The notes beneath the pieces are model-generated. The model worked only from the letters and a program-made list of their open reading frames with translations, did no database searches and was not told the DNA's origin. Positions 28,694-40,200 of a DNA stretch of 64,000 bases are shown here, piece by piece. This DNA comes from Fidelibacterota bacterium (lineage in GTDB: Bacteria > Fidelibacterota > Marinisomatia > Marinisomatales > TCS55): NCBI GenBank assembly GCA_046861385.1, contig JBHHTW010000003.1:73660-137659 (forward strand). Direction: 5' to 3'. How positions within the stretch are numbered: the stretch's first letter is position 1; the number at the start of each line of letters is the position of its first letter. Both the position numbers and the translations under genes were made by a program.

Positions 28694-30976
28694 TTATTTA
28701 ACTATGGCCAATGTTCCTTTTTGAATTTTTCCATTGCTGGCAGGATCGAGAGATTTCACAACCCAGAAGTAAATACCGCTTACAACACGACCGGAGAATG
28801 AAATGGTATCCTGCCGCCATGATTCTTCTGCAGATTGTGAATTCAGATGTTTTTTCTCGTAAACTAAATCTCCGGATGTTGTATAAATGCGAATGAGACA
28901 ATTCCTTGGTAAATTGATAAACCGCAATTTATAGGGATCAGCGGCATCGGGATACATATGTTTAGTATCGTTATAGTCCAATCGGTAAGGATTAGGAACT
29001 ACCTTGATAGGAACCGACATAGTATCATAGGATGCAAAAGAAGCCTGGAAGGGAGTGGTCGCAATAGCATTTTTTTGTTCAGGTGAAGTACTGCCGCTTT
29101 CCAGTGGTGGGATGGGTCCCAGATCATTTCCGTGAATATCCAACCAGTGTTCGTGCCCGGAATCGACAGTGCGGACACTGTAATAGTAGTTATAACCCGA
29201 AAATGAAGTTGAATCAGAGAATGTATAAATGCCAGTATTGGGGTCATAATACGTTGTGTCCCCCACGGAAATATCTAATAAATATTCCCAGGGACCATAG
29301 TGCCAATAATGTGATGGGGGCCAGGATTTATATATCCGATAGCTTCGAACGTCCCTGGCTTCGTCTCCTTCATAATCAGGGTCTGTTGCATTTTCTGCAT
29401 CATCCGTCCAATGGACAATCACTTGTCCCAAACGTGTGCTGCCAAACCAAATATTTACATCAGGAGGTGGGTCGGGAAGATCATAATTATTTTCATAAGC
29501 AAATTTTGCTTTGTCAAAATTTTTAAATAGGGATCGCTCTCCCAATTTAATTTCTAATTTGGCTTCCGGTGTTGCAGACCATGTTAATTCATCTTCTCCC
29601 AACCAATCGGCTCCGGAGCCACCGACAAAAGCAAAAACCAGTTTGGCTTTTTGACCCGGCTCTAATTTATAGGGACCAAAAACCAATGCATGGGTCCCAG
29701 TGTCCGGTTTATTTGGGGGTGTTTTGGTTATATCGTTTTCATCATTTAAAACAACCATATTAAACATTTCGCTATCCGTATGCTGCCTGGAATTAGGATC
29801 ATCATAATCAAATTGATCAATATTACCGCTATGCCACCATTTTGTATAAGCCGGTTGTTTGTTTCCTGAAGGATGAACATAAGTGTCATCATTGGGTTTA
29901 TAATCCAGAATTCCCATACCGATATATTGGTAAGCCTGGAGTTGATTTTCTTTTTGTCCCTGGAAATCATTTGGATGTCGGCTGGCTGCTTCCAGTTTGT
30001 AAGGCTGCCCCATATCATTCCATGAAGTCTCTATCCAATCATCGTCCCGCTGGTAAAACATAATATAATCACGATAGTTTTCACTAAACTCTGGTTCATC
30101 GGCTGTAAATGTATCCGCCTTTGTATAAAAATGCAAATCATCCTGGGTTTGTTTTCTATTTACACGCCAGTCGCTCCATCCCATACCAAATCCGTTAGCC
30201 CAACCATGAGCCATGGAATTTAAACTAAATGAATTCATGAGAGTCAGATAGGCCGGATCTAATATTTTATTACCCATATTTTCAAATATTAGTTCCTGAA
30301 TAATAAAATCATCATAATCAGGATAACCCCAGGCATAGGCTTTGCGGGTAACCCGAATACCTGTTTTTGTCATCCATTGGCAAATGATGATTTCTTCCGG
30401 TACAGTATCATGAGCCGTATAGTCATGATATCGATAATTATGAATTTCAACAGGTTCATTGCTTGAAATAGTATAATGATATGGGGAATAATTACTCCGT
30501 TCCCAATTGGGATAAGACGAATCACCTAATACGGATTCAGATGAATTACGAATATTATATGGTGCAGGTTCAATATCATAAGTCACATTTCGAGGTCCTG
30601 AATATGAAACCAATGTGTCGTTATTATCATCCACGGCAAGTATCCAAACTCCCTGCCCTTTGGAGCTTTGGGGAATGGTGACCCGAGGCATTTCGATTAC
30701 ATTTGGGTCTCCGTTGATATAAGCATCAATATCCAGAAAATATTCCACAAAATCCAAAGCCACCCTGGACATATTTCCGGGGTAGGTCAAACTTTCCTGA
30801 GAGTGGCTTCCTGAATGAACACGATTACCGCCGCCATCCAATCCATTATTTCTATAGGATGACCACATTTTACCACGGGTTGAATGGCGGGGATTGAAAT
30901 TGTCAATCATGTCTGCCTGAGCAAATAGCAGTGATATGAATAAAATGCTTCCGGATAATTTTAATGCTGATTTCAA
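28694..30976 (-). CDS. Large secreted protein with FN3-like domain and VVPNPY-type T9SS-like C-terminal domain (paralog of 34957-37266)
   Basis: Signal peptide; LPDPPP..VIVHW..SYRIYK..YYYSVRTVD; C-terminal IKVVPNPY..FINLP..IRIYTTSGDLV..VSGIYFW. Confidence 0.7.
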   Translation of the reverse strand: MKSALKLSGSILFISLLFAQADMIDNFNPRHSTRGKMWSSYRNNGLDGGGNRVHSGSHSQESLTYPGNMSRVALDFVEYFLDIDAYINGDPNVIEMPRVTIPQSSKGQGVWILAVDDNNDTLVSYSGPRNVTYDIEPAPYNIRNSSESVLGDSSYPNWERSNYSPYHYTISSNEPVEIHNYRYHDYTAHDTVPEEIIICQWMTKTGIRVTRKAYAWGYPDYDDFIIQELIFENMGNKILDPAYLTLMNSFSLNSMAHGWANGFGMGWSDWRVNRKQTQDDLHFYTKADTFTADEPEFSENYRDYIMFYQRDDDWIETSWNDMGQPYKLEAASRHPNDFQGQKENQLQAYQYIGMGILDYKPNDDTYVHPSGNKQPAYTKWWHSGNIDQFDYDDPNSRQHTDSEMFNMVVLNDENDITKTPPNKPDTGTHALVFGPYKLEPGQKAKLVFAFVGGSGADWLGEDELTWSATPEAKLEIKLGERSLFKNFDKAKFAYENNYDLPDPPPDVNIWFGSTRLGQVIVHWTDDAENATDPDYEGDEARDVRSYRIYKSWPPSHYWHYGPWEYLLDISVGDTTYYDPNTGIYTFSDSTSFSGYNYYYSVRTVDSGHEHWLDIHGNDLGPIPPLESGSTSPEQKNAIATTPFQASFASYDTMSVPIKVVPNPYRLDYNDTKHMYPDAADPYKLRFINLPRNCLIRIYTTSGDLVYEKKHLNSQSAEESWRQDTISFSGRVVSGIYFWVVKSLDPASNGKIQKGTLAIVK

Positions 30977-32316
30977 TTAAAAATGAGAGTCAATTTCTGA
31001 ATAATTTCCACAAAATAAGCACCATTATTGGGCCCAAACCAATTCATTATAAATGTTTCATACTCATGAAGATCATACCAGGCATCCTTGGTAATATAAC
31101 CCACATAACCTCCATTGAAGCTGGTTCCGATAAAATCAATACCGTTTGGTTCAGTTACGTATTCAATTTCAGGAATTAATTCTCCGGAGAAATCACAGGG
31201 AGTCCCTGCAAGGATAATATCTCCCAAGCGTAAAATAGAAATAAAATGAGGCGTGGGTTCAAAAAATAGATGAAAAATCCACGGTCTAAATCTCCAATTT
31301 GTATCGATTCTCCAATGGGGTTCTCGCAAGGGAATATTAAATTTAAATGAATCCAAATTTAATTCACTTCTTACAGGAACGTCTAAATAATTGGATGAAA
31401 CTTTATCCCTCAAACTTGATGCCAGCCAAGCGATTCGTTTATATTTACTGTACCCTCCGCTATCCGGTCGATGGCTTCCCACGCCTCCGGCACAAAAGGC
31501 AGCGAAATCGACATTGGGCAATGTTTCCAAGGAATCAACTAACGCTCCAGGGTAACCTCTTGAAAATCGCATTTCCCGTCCAGACAAACAAGTGGCATGG
31601 GCTGAAAATGATGTAATCAGTGCAATATTACCAGATTCTTTTTGAATTTTTACTACTCGGAACCAGGGATCGACAATTCCTTTTTCGCCAACCAATCTAT
31701 TTTTGACTAATTTTCTGGCTTCATATTTACTGAAACCGACTTTGGCGTCTTCCATATTATCATTCGCATTTTTAATGGTTGTTAATATGGCTTCTGTAAT
31801 ATCATTCACAATCTTTGGATCAAATTCACCTGAAAATTTATTGGCGATCCAACTATCTCCCCAGGCACCAATGGAGCAATGAGTATGGGTTGCTGATAAA
31901 TATACATTTTCAAATAAAAAGCCAATTTCATGTAATCGGTCTTTTAGCTCAAATGTAACTAAGGGCGGAACCAATAAAGCGTCTAATGTTATGAGGGCAC
32001 TTTTTATCACACCGTTATCAAAAACAAATCCCCGTACCCATAAAGAATCATGAACTCCGGTAGAAAGAGCTCCTTCTCGATCTCCATAACCAGAAAGAGG
32101 AACGGAATAGGAGGGAGTCATATTGGTTTTAGCCCAGCCTGCTTTGAAATAAGCACCAGTGGAGTTTAAATCGGCTGAATTCAGGCTATCGATTCTGGAC
32201 ATGGCAATTTGATAATATTCAGTTTCGTGAACGTGAGTTCGATCCACGGGGGAAAAAATGCCTAAAAATAAAAGCAGTAAAATTCCCAAAATTAACAATA
32301 TTGTTTTCTTAACCAT
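30973..32316 (-). CDS. Neutral/alkaline ceramidase N-terminal-domain family hydrolase
   Basis: PLSGYG, GVHDSLWVR, SATHTHCS, FSAHAT, PCDFSGE and SFNGGYVGY. Confidence 0.75.
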   Translation of the reverse strand: MVKKTILLILGILLLLFLGIFSPVDRTHVHETEYYQIAMSRIDSLNSADLNSTGAYFKAGWAKTNMTPSYSVPLSGYGDREGALSTGVHDSLWVRGFVFDNGVIKSALITLDALLVPPLVTFELKDRLHEIGFLFENVYLSATHTHCSIGAWGDSWIANKFSGEFDPKIVNDITEAILTTIKNANDNMEDAKVGFSKYEARKLVKNRLVGEKGIVDPWFRVVKIQKESGNIALITSFSAHATCLSGREMRFSRGYPGALVDSLETLPNVDFAAFCAGGVGSHRPDSGGYSKYKRIAWLASSLRDKVSSNYLDVPVRSELNLDSFKFNIPLREPHWRIDTNWRFRPWIFHLFFEPTPHFISILRLGDIILAGTPCDFSGELIPEIEYVTEPNGIDFIGTSFNGGYVGYITKDAWYDLHEYETFIMNWFGPNNGAYFVEIIQKLTLIFN

Positions 32317-32320
32317 ATTT

Positions 32321-33874
32321 TTATCTATCTGTATTCCAGACTGTTAGATTTTTCAAATTCCTTTTATGATCCGTTAATAACATGGCAGCAACAATGGCTA
32401 ACGAGAACATCAGGATATTACCAATCAGTCCAGTGTAATACAAATCAAATGGAACCTGAAGATATATTGGAACCAGACCATGGCTTGCCAAGATAGTCCA
32501 TCCGGTAAAAATGAATGTAAAGGATAAACCGATCCAGACTGATTTTGTACTCCCCTTTTGGGTAAAAAACCCTAAGAAATACAGACCCAATAAACCACCG
32601 CTCGTAATGGAAATGAGAATGATAGCCGTATCCCGGATTGTTTCTGTTTTCGATAGGGTCAGGACAAGCGCTCCTCCAATCATGATCCCTGAAGCTGCAA
32701 ATGCCATCATTTGAGCAGATCTCAAGTAATGATGGTCACTTCTGTTTTTAACCAGATGACGTTGATAAATATCAACGATTCCCACAGTAGAAATTGCGTT
32801 AATACTCGAATCCAGGGAAGACATGGCTGCGGCCAGGGCAGCTGAAATCACCAGCCCCGTTATTCCAGGGGGCAAATAATTCATTATAAAGTATGGAAAT
32901 ATCTGTTCTGCTTTTCTGATTCCAGTTAACATTTCTGTTGTCTCTATCGTCGGGAAAATTTTAAAATATACGTATAGAGACGTTCCTATGAACATATAAA
33001 AAGCCCAGATGGGCAAACTGGAAACCACACAAACAAACATGGCTTTACGAGCTTCGTGTACATTTTTTGCAGTGGCGTATCTCTGAATAATATTCTGATT
33101 AGCACAATATTCTGTCAACCAACTGGTCAATCCCACCAATAGCAGCATGGTTCCCGTTTTAGTTGCAAGAGAAATGTTCCATGAGATCGGCCTTACTGTA
33201 GAATCATTCCATTCGGCAAGAGATAGTTTCCCATCAGCGACTGCCGTTGAAATGATTTGCTCCAGACCCCCCGGTAAATGATGAATAATCACACCCAGGG
33301 TTAATAATCCGCCAAAGACTAAAATTAAAGTTTGAATGACATCTGTCCAAATAACAGCTTTGATTCCTCCCATGACTGTATAAATAGCTACAAACATTCC
33401 TCCTAGAAAGATACAGACAATTAGAGAAAAGCCGGTCATTTCATGAATAAGAAGTGAAAGGAGATATAGAATCAAACTAATTCTGACCAATTGAGCAATA
33501 ATAAAGGTGATCCCCCCATAGACCCGAACGGATGGTCCAAACCGGTCTTCAAGGTATTCATAAGCTGATATAATTTTTCCGCGTCGAAAAAAGGGAAGAA
33601 AAATATAAGCGGCCATTGCCACGGCTACCGGCATTGCCCAGGTCGTCAGTATCCTCATCCAGGAAGTTTTAAATGCATCGCCGGGAAAGGATATGAAAGT
33701 AATGGAACTAATGGATGTTCCCACCAGGCTCATTCCAACCACCAACCCCGAAAAATTTCGTCCTCCCACAAAATATTCTTCGGTGCTGAAATTCTTCAGG
33801 GAAAAATAAACTCCCATTCCTGCTATTAGAACAAGATAGCTAAGGATAACTGTTAAATCAAGCCAATGAAGCAT
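32321..33874 (-). CDS. Sodium:solute symporter (SiaT/sugar-type SLC5)
   Basis: EYFVGGR, SAYEYLEDRFG, GGIKAVIWTD, NQNIIQRY and AAAMSSLDSSIN. Confidence 0.92.
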   Translation of the reverse strand: MLHWLDLTVILSYLVLIAGMGVYFSLKNFSTEEYFVGGRNFSGLVVGMSLVGTSISSITFISFPGDAFKTSWMRILTTWAMPVAVAMAAYIFLPFFRRGKIISAYEYLEDRFGPSVRVYGGITFIIAQLVRISLILYLLSLLIHEMTGFSLIVCIFLGGMFVAIYTVMGGIKAVIWTDVIQTLILVFGGLLTLGVIIHHLPGGLEQIISTAVADGKLSLAEWNDSTVRPISWNISLATKTGTMLLLVGLTSWLTEYCANQNIIQRYATAKNVHEARKAMFVCVVSSLPIWAFYMFIGTSLYVYFKIFPTIETTEMLTGIRKAEQIFPYFIMNYLPPGITGLVISAALAAAMSSLDSSINAISTVGIVDIYQRHLVKNRSDHHYLRSAQMMAFAASGIMIGGALVLTLSKTETIRDTAIILISITSGGLLGLYFLGFFTQKGSTKSVWIGLSFTFIFTGWTILASHGLVPIYLQVPFDLYYTGLIGNILMFSLAIVAAMLLTDHKRNLKNLTVWNTDR

Positions 33875-33995
33875 CAGTGATCAATGAACCACGAGAATGT
33901 TTTCTGGTGTAAAATCCAGAATGTTTTAGGCAATTGAAATATTCCTTGGATATAGTCAAAAAGAAAATTTCTAAAATAGATAAATGTGATTGGGA

Positions 33996-34937
33996 TTATA
34001 AAGATCCACCAATGGAAATTCTTAGGGGAGGATCGAAATATTCATCAAAGTTAGAATAAGCGATGTTAATTAATACTCTGCGAAGACCAATTTTTATTTT
34101 TAGTCCGGCGCCCACTGTCCAATCTTCAGTGTCATAGAAAAACTTATATCCCCCGCGCAATGCAATCAAGTCCGCAATCCAAAGTTCAGAACCAACATGA
34201 TATCGATCACGATAATCGGTTGCAAAAGCGCTTTCAGCAGATACAAGCAACTGTATAGGGCTGCCGTGTTCGCCAATGATGCTCATGGCAGAATTAATAT
34301 TGAAATAGAGGGGAAGTTTGAATTTCTTGGTTAAATATTTTGCATCCGGTCCAAAATTCTTCATGACCATGGCAATGGATAAATCTTTGAATCCTGATAA
34401 ATAAAATGTGGAAAAGTCAAAAGCAAATCCTTTTGCTTTGTCGTTATCAATAAATTCTTCAATATATTGACCCTTAATGCCAAAGGATAATCTATCTGTT
34501 AGTCGAATAGCGTATGCAGTACTGATGGCAATATCTCCCGCCTCAATAAACCGTCCGGTTCCTTCTGGTTCAAAAATGGTTGTTTCTTCAAATTCTTCTG
34601 TTGTGAATCTGATAACACTTAATCCGAGCACGCTCCGTTTTCCTAAAGGGAATCCGATTGCTCCAGATATAAGTTTAGAATTAACAATCCAGTCCGTATG
34701 ATTAAAACTAAAATCGATATTTTTAATATGGGTGAGTCCTGCCGGATTGAAAAAGATGGTTGTAACATCGTTTGCAACAGCCGTAAAAGCATCACCCATT
34801 CCTGCAGCACGAGCTGATGGACTGATTTTCAAAAATGAAAATCCTGATTTTCCCAATCGCTTAAAATCGTCTCCTATCAACAAAGAACTTGTAAATAAAA
34901 TAAGGGTTAGAATTTTGCCAATAGATGTCTTTTTCAT
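33996..34937 (-). CDS. PorV/PorQ-family outer-membrane beta-barrel
   Basis: GFSFLKISPSARAAGMGDAF.AVANDV..IFFNPAGL and ALRGGY. Confidence 0.85.
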   Translation of the reverse strand: MKKTSIGKILTLILFTSSLLIGDDFKRLGKSGFSFLKISPSARAAGMGDAFTAVANDVTTIFFNPAGLTHIKNIDFSFNHTDWIVNSKLISGAIGFPLGKRSVLGLSVIRFTTEEFEETTIFEPEGTGRFIEAGDIAISTAYAIRLTDRLSFGIKGQYIEEFIDNDKAKGFAFDFSTFYLSGFKDLSIAMVMKNFGPDAKYLTKKFKLPLYFNINSAMSIIGEHGSPIQLLVSAESAFATDYRDRYHVGSELWIADLIALRGGYKFFYDTEDWTVGAGLKIKIGLRRVLINIAYSNFDEYFDPPLRISIGGSL

Positions 34938-34956
34938 AATACTTTCATGATCAAAT

Positions 34957-37266
34957 TTATTTAACGACTGCTAATGTACCTTTTTGTATTTTCCCCTCGC
35001 TGGCAGGATCAAGAGAGTCGACAATCCAAAAATAGATACCGCTCACCACACGTCCTGAAAATGAGACAGTATCCTGACGCCATGAAGATTCAGCGGATGT
35101 TGCTTTTTGATGTACCTTTTCATATACGAGATCTCCGGAAGCAGAATATATACGAATCATGCAATGCTTAGGTAAATTAATAAAGCGTATTTTGTATGGG
35201 TCTGCAACATCAGGGTACATATGAGCCGGATCATTGTAATCTAATCGATAGGGGTTGGGAACGACTCGGATTCGTTCTGCCATTTGATCATAAATAGGAG
35301 CAGACGGCTGGAATGGAGTGACTGCAATCATATTTTTCTGTTCCGGGGAGGCATAACCGCTCTCGAGTGATTCAATGACACCATGGTCCACGCCATAGGG
35401 ATCCACCCAATGATCGTGCCCTGAATCGTAGGTGCGGACACTGTAATAATAATTATAACCGGCAAATGATTCATTATCAGTGAATGTATATTTCCCAGAG
35501 GAGGGCTCATAATAGTTACTATTTTTTAAAGGAATATCCTGGACCAATTCCCAGGGGCCATAATGCCAGTCAAAAGAGGTGGGCCAGGAGCGATAAACCC
35601 GGTAACCCCTGACATCATAAGCTTCATCTCCACTATAGTCCGGATCTCGGGCAGAATCTGCTTTGTCACTCCAGGTGAGTATCATATTCCCTGCCTGACT
35701 ATTATGAAAAGTGACACTGACATCCGGAGGAGCATCCGGGAGATCAAATCCCATTTCATAAGCAAATATGGCTTTTTTGAAATTTTTTATAATTGAATGT
35801 TCACCATCTTTTATTTCAAATTTTGCATGTATTTCTTTGGACCAGGTTATTTCATCTTTATGATGGAAATCAGCGCCGGAACCTGCCGCGAAAGCGAAGA
35901 CAATTTTCGCCTTCTCCCCCGGATCTAACGTATATGGACCAAAAACCATTGCATGGGTCACCAACATGGAAGAATCGGGATTGTCTGCAATAGCTCCTCC
36001 CGTTGTATCAATCAACATTTGATACATTTCCACATCGGTATGTCTTGATTTATTTGGTTCGTTGTAATCTAATTGATTACTGTTCCCATTCTTCCACCAT
36101 TTGACCGCATAGGGCTGATTTGATAATTCCGGAGGTACATAAGATTCATTCGGATCATTTATGAATGGAGGCATAAAATCGATGAGACCACATCCAATAT
36201 ATTGATAACCCAAAAGCTGGTTTTCGGTCTGTCCTTGAAATTCATTATAACTATCCAAGTCTGCAAATGTAGAGACAAATGGCTGTCCCGTATCATCATG
36301 CGGCGTACCTAACCAGTCATCATCCCGCTGATAACAAAAGACTAAATCTTTGTAAACAGCCGTACTCTCCGGATTATCGGCTTCATAGTTTGGAGCACCT
36401 GTGTATAATAGCCAATCATCTTGGGCTGATTCAGCGTTAATTCTCCAATCCCCCCAACCCATACCGTTTCCTTTTGCCCATTGGTGTCCACCGCTGGAAA
36501 TACTAAAACTATTCATTAAAGTGAAGTAAGTATCTGTGAGGTTATTTGAACCGGAATTTTCAAAAATAATTTCCTGTAGGATGAAATCATCATATTCTGG
36601 ATAGCTCCAGGCATATGCTTTTCGGGTAGCAGTGATTCCCATTTTATTTTTCCACTGACTGATGATTATTTCTTCCGGAAATTCATCATCCAAGATATAC
36701 TTCCCATGAGCATAATTATGAATTTCTATCGGTTCATTGCCCTGTACTGTAAAGTGATAAGGTGAGTAATTAGACCGTTCAATACTCGGCCAGGATGAGT
36801 CACCGAGTGATTCTTCAATAGATCCGCCCATTGAATACCGTTCATTATCAATATCATCACTTATATCGCGAGGTCCTGAATAGGAAACCAGTGTATCATT
36901 TCCGTTTACAACGGCTAAGACCCACACTCCAGTACCTCGTCCATTTTGCGGATTACAGACCCGAGCCACATCCAGGATATTGGGTGCTCCTGAAACGACT
37001 GCCTCTATATCCAGCCAATATTTCATGAAATCCTGACCCCTGCCAGCATTCCCCGGGTATTCTAATGATGTTTGATCGTGGCTTTGATATCTTGGTGTAT
37101 TTCCACCTCCCTGGAGGCCATTGCTCCTAAATGTATCCCAGAGTTTAGACCGGGTTAATAATCTTGGTGAAAAACCGGTTACAGGATCTGCCTGGGCTGA
37201 AAGGGTAGTAAAAAATCCCGAAAGAGTAAATGTAATAAACGTTAGCCAAATAATTCGAATTTTCAT
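34957..37266 (-). CDS. Large secreted protein with FN3-like domain and VVPNPY-type C-terminal domain (paralog of 28694-30976)
   Basis: Signal peptide; collinear motif identity with the 760-aa paralog (e.g. WRQDT.SFSGRVVSGIYFW, QKGTLA.VK). Confidence 0.7.
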   Translation of the reverse strand: MKIRIIWLTFITFTLSGFFTTLSAQADPVTGFSPRLLTRSKLWDTFRSNGLQGGGNTPRYQSHDQTSLEYPGNAGRGQDFMKYWLDIEAVVSGAPNILDVARVCNPQNGRGTGVWVLAVVNGNDTLVSYSGPRDISDDIDNERYSMGGSIEESLGDSSWPSIERSNYSPYHFTVQGNEPIEIHNYAHGKYILDDEFPEEIIISQWKNKMGITATRKAYAWSYPEYDDFILQEIIFENSGSNNLTDTYFTLMNSFSISSGGHQWAKGNGMGWGDWRINAESAQDDWLLYTGAPNYEADNPESTAVYKDLVFCYQRDDDWLGTPHDDTGQPFVSTFADLDSYNEFQGQTENQLLGYQYIGCGLIDFMPPFINDPNESYVPPELSNQPYAVKWWKNGNSNQLDYNEPNKSRHTDVEMYQMLIDTTGGAIADNPDSSMLVTHAMVFGPYTLDPGEKAKIVFAFAAGSGADFHHKDEITWSKEIHAKFEIKDGEHSIIKNFKKAIFAYEMGFDLPDAPPDVSVTFHNSQAGNMILTWSDKADSARDPDYSGDEAYDVRGYRVYRSWPTSFDWHYGPWELVQDIPLKNSNYYEPSSGKYTFTDNESFAGYNYYYSVRTYDSGHDHWVDPYGVDHGVIESLESGYASPEQKNMIAVTPFQPSAPIYDQMAERIRVVPNPYRLDYNDPAHMYPDVADPYKIRFINLPKHCMIRIYSASGDLVYEKVHQKATSAESSWRQDTVSFSGRVVSGIYFWIVDSLDPASEGKIQKGTLAVVK

Positions 37267-37284
37267 GTATTGAAACTCAATTCA

Positions 37285-40200
37285 TCAGAAAGATGAACGG
37301 ATTCCGATTTTAATTTCTCGTGGTGTGCCATGGTATCTCGAATTCGCATAAAAATCGCCATATTCTTGATAAAGCTCATTATCAGGACGAGGTGTTTCCA
37401 TTCCCCAGCGAATGTATTCTGGTCCGTAAATTGATTTAAAACTTCCATCTCCACGTATGTCTCTTTGATTAAATAAATTCGTTATTTGAACGAATAATGT
37501 TGCTCGATAATTACCTTTTTTGAAGAATATTTTTTCAAAACTTAAATCAGTTTGTGTTGTCAGGGGACCATTACGCCATTCATTTGGCTTCCCGGGTGGG
37601 GAGTAGTCAAAAGGAGTTCCCGTAGACATTTTGTAGATCATATTGATGGTAATATCCCCCAATAGTCCCCAAGGACCGAATTTGTCCGGAGTTGCAAAAA
37701 AGAGTTGTGCCTTTCCATAACTACGTATATCTGCTTCTGGTTTAGGTTGTTCTTCAGTTCCTCCCCAAAATTCCACAACCCACAAACCCGTCGAATCTAA
37801 TTGGTGGACTTCCAGGCCCAAAGATCTTAAAGAATCGATGAAGGTGTTTGCTTTGGATGCATATGAATTAACCAAAAAAAATGGGAAGAGGGGCCGGGGG
37901 TTTTCAGAGCCATCCTCGTTGACAGAATATTGCGTCCAAAAATGACCATTGGCAATGAATTGTGAATCCGGTATCCAAAATTGACTGCCAATTCCTGCTT
38001 CACCCTGAACCGCCCACTGTAAATTATAGGATAATTTGAAACCAAAGTTTCGGTTGAAATTTTTCTTTAAGCTTAATTCGAAACCTTGGATATCCTCGTG
38101 AATACCATTCCCGGCCATGTGGGTAAATTGAAAATCAAACATTTGCTTTGCCGGGTCCCACCAATTTAATTGAACAGATCCTGGACTGCTCACCTGATTG
38201 TTAGAACTTTTGTAAAATGTGGAGAGAGCCAGAACGTAGTCGGCATAAAAATTCCAATCAAAACCAAGCTCAAAGCTGATTGTTTTTTCATACTGAAGCC
38301 TCGGATTCCCAAAATTCCCCTCCTCGATTGTATTATATTCCTCGGTGGGATCGCTGATGCCATTTCCATTAATATCTTTGTCTCTTGAACCATCATTAGA
38401 CCAATATTCTCCAAATAAAGTGTAGAAACTGGCTAATTGATAAATATGACCATAAAAGAAATGGATCATGGAACGATCAGTAATCGGGTGGGCGACGCCA
38501 ATCCGTGGGCTCCATGCTGTGATGGGTTCTACCTTTTTAAGTAAACCAAATGCATTAAGCGAATCGTAATTAAAACGTGTAAATGAATTAAAAAAGAAAT
38601 CAGACGCTCCCATGGCGGTCGTCACCGGATACTCGGTGCTGGGATCAAAACGATCCAATCGTATCCCTGCATTTACTACTAAACCTTTATACTCCATTTT
38701 GTCCTGAATGTACCATGCGAATTGTTTGGGTTTTACAGGCGATTCTAAGGTGTGATGATCCCCAATGAACGAAAATGATCTTCTGTTTAAAATATCATTA
38801 TAGTTGACTGCCCATACATTATATTCCGTATAATCAAACCCTGTCTTTAGAAAATTATTTTGATTCAATTGTGTTGAAAAATCAAATTTAACACCAAAAC
38901 GAATGCGTTGTCCTTTAGTGAAAGCATTTATTTTTCGAGGTAAATAAAACCAATTATCCTTATCCTTCTGGATACCGGTGGTTGAATCGGGAGTATCTTC
39001 CGGTGTTTGGGTATTAACAGAATTTGAAATACGCAATTCATAATATGTTTTTTCACTTAACATATGGGTGAAGGACAGATAATTCATTTTATCGGTATTG
39101 ACCGTTTTACCAGCGGCGGCTTCATTCATGGGTAGGAAAATATTTTGACCTCCGCTCCTGATTCCTGCTGTTCCTCCGCCCGAATTAAATCCCCAACTCG
39201 AAGAATACAATCCTCCAAATTTTAGGGCAATTTTTGGATGGATGTTAATTGACAGTTTCCATGTACCATTAAAATTATCAGCAGCATGTGAAAGAGGACT
39301 AATCTCATTGACGGCTTCGTTTGAGGTGCGACCGCCCAGAAAGAAAGAAATATTTTTTGTGATGGGTCCCGCCAAATTTCCTTGAATGGCACCTCCCCAA
39401 TTTTGAACATAATCAATTTTTTTATGGACGAGATTACCTGTTAAACTATCAATTTCATTCACCCATTCCGCATTGTCCCAATGCATATGGCCTCGATGTT
39501 CCGGCGAATCAAAATAATTTGGACCCCAGTGGTGCTTTCCTGATAATTCATTTGTGTATTCAATATTAGCGTGAAAGATATCTGTTCCTTCTTTGGTAAC
39601 AATATTGATGATTCCAGCCTGTGCATTTCCATATTCTGCGCTCAGTCCGCCGGTGATGATAGAAATGGACTCAATATCATATTTACCCGCGCCGTTATAA
39701 TTGAGAAGGCTCAATCCGTCATTGCTGATCATTTTAACACCATCGACGTAATATACAACATCTGCAGCAATGGAGTTCATATCACCTCCACGAATCATTC
39801 CCCGTCCACCAATATCCATCCCCGGCTCCAATGCGATCAGTTCCTCTACATTTTTTACCAGCACTGAACGTCCAATATCCTCTGAACTCACGATATATTC
39901 ACTGTACGTCCTATCCACCTCAACACGAGGTCTTTCTGCCACAACAATGACTTCTTCGCCTTCAATGGCTTCTTCATACAGGGTAAAATTGACTAAGGAT
40001 GTTCTGTCAGGATTAACTTTAATATTTTTAATAGTTAGAGATTTATACCCAATCATTTGAGCAGTCAAACTGTAGGAACCAGGAGCCACATTTAATATGA
40101 CAAAATATCCATCTTTATCAGCGGCTGCACCGCGGTTTGTTCCAGCCAAGAGTATATTGGTTCCGGATAAAATTTGCCCTTTACTATCTTTAACATGCCC

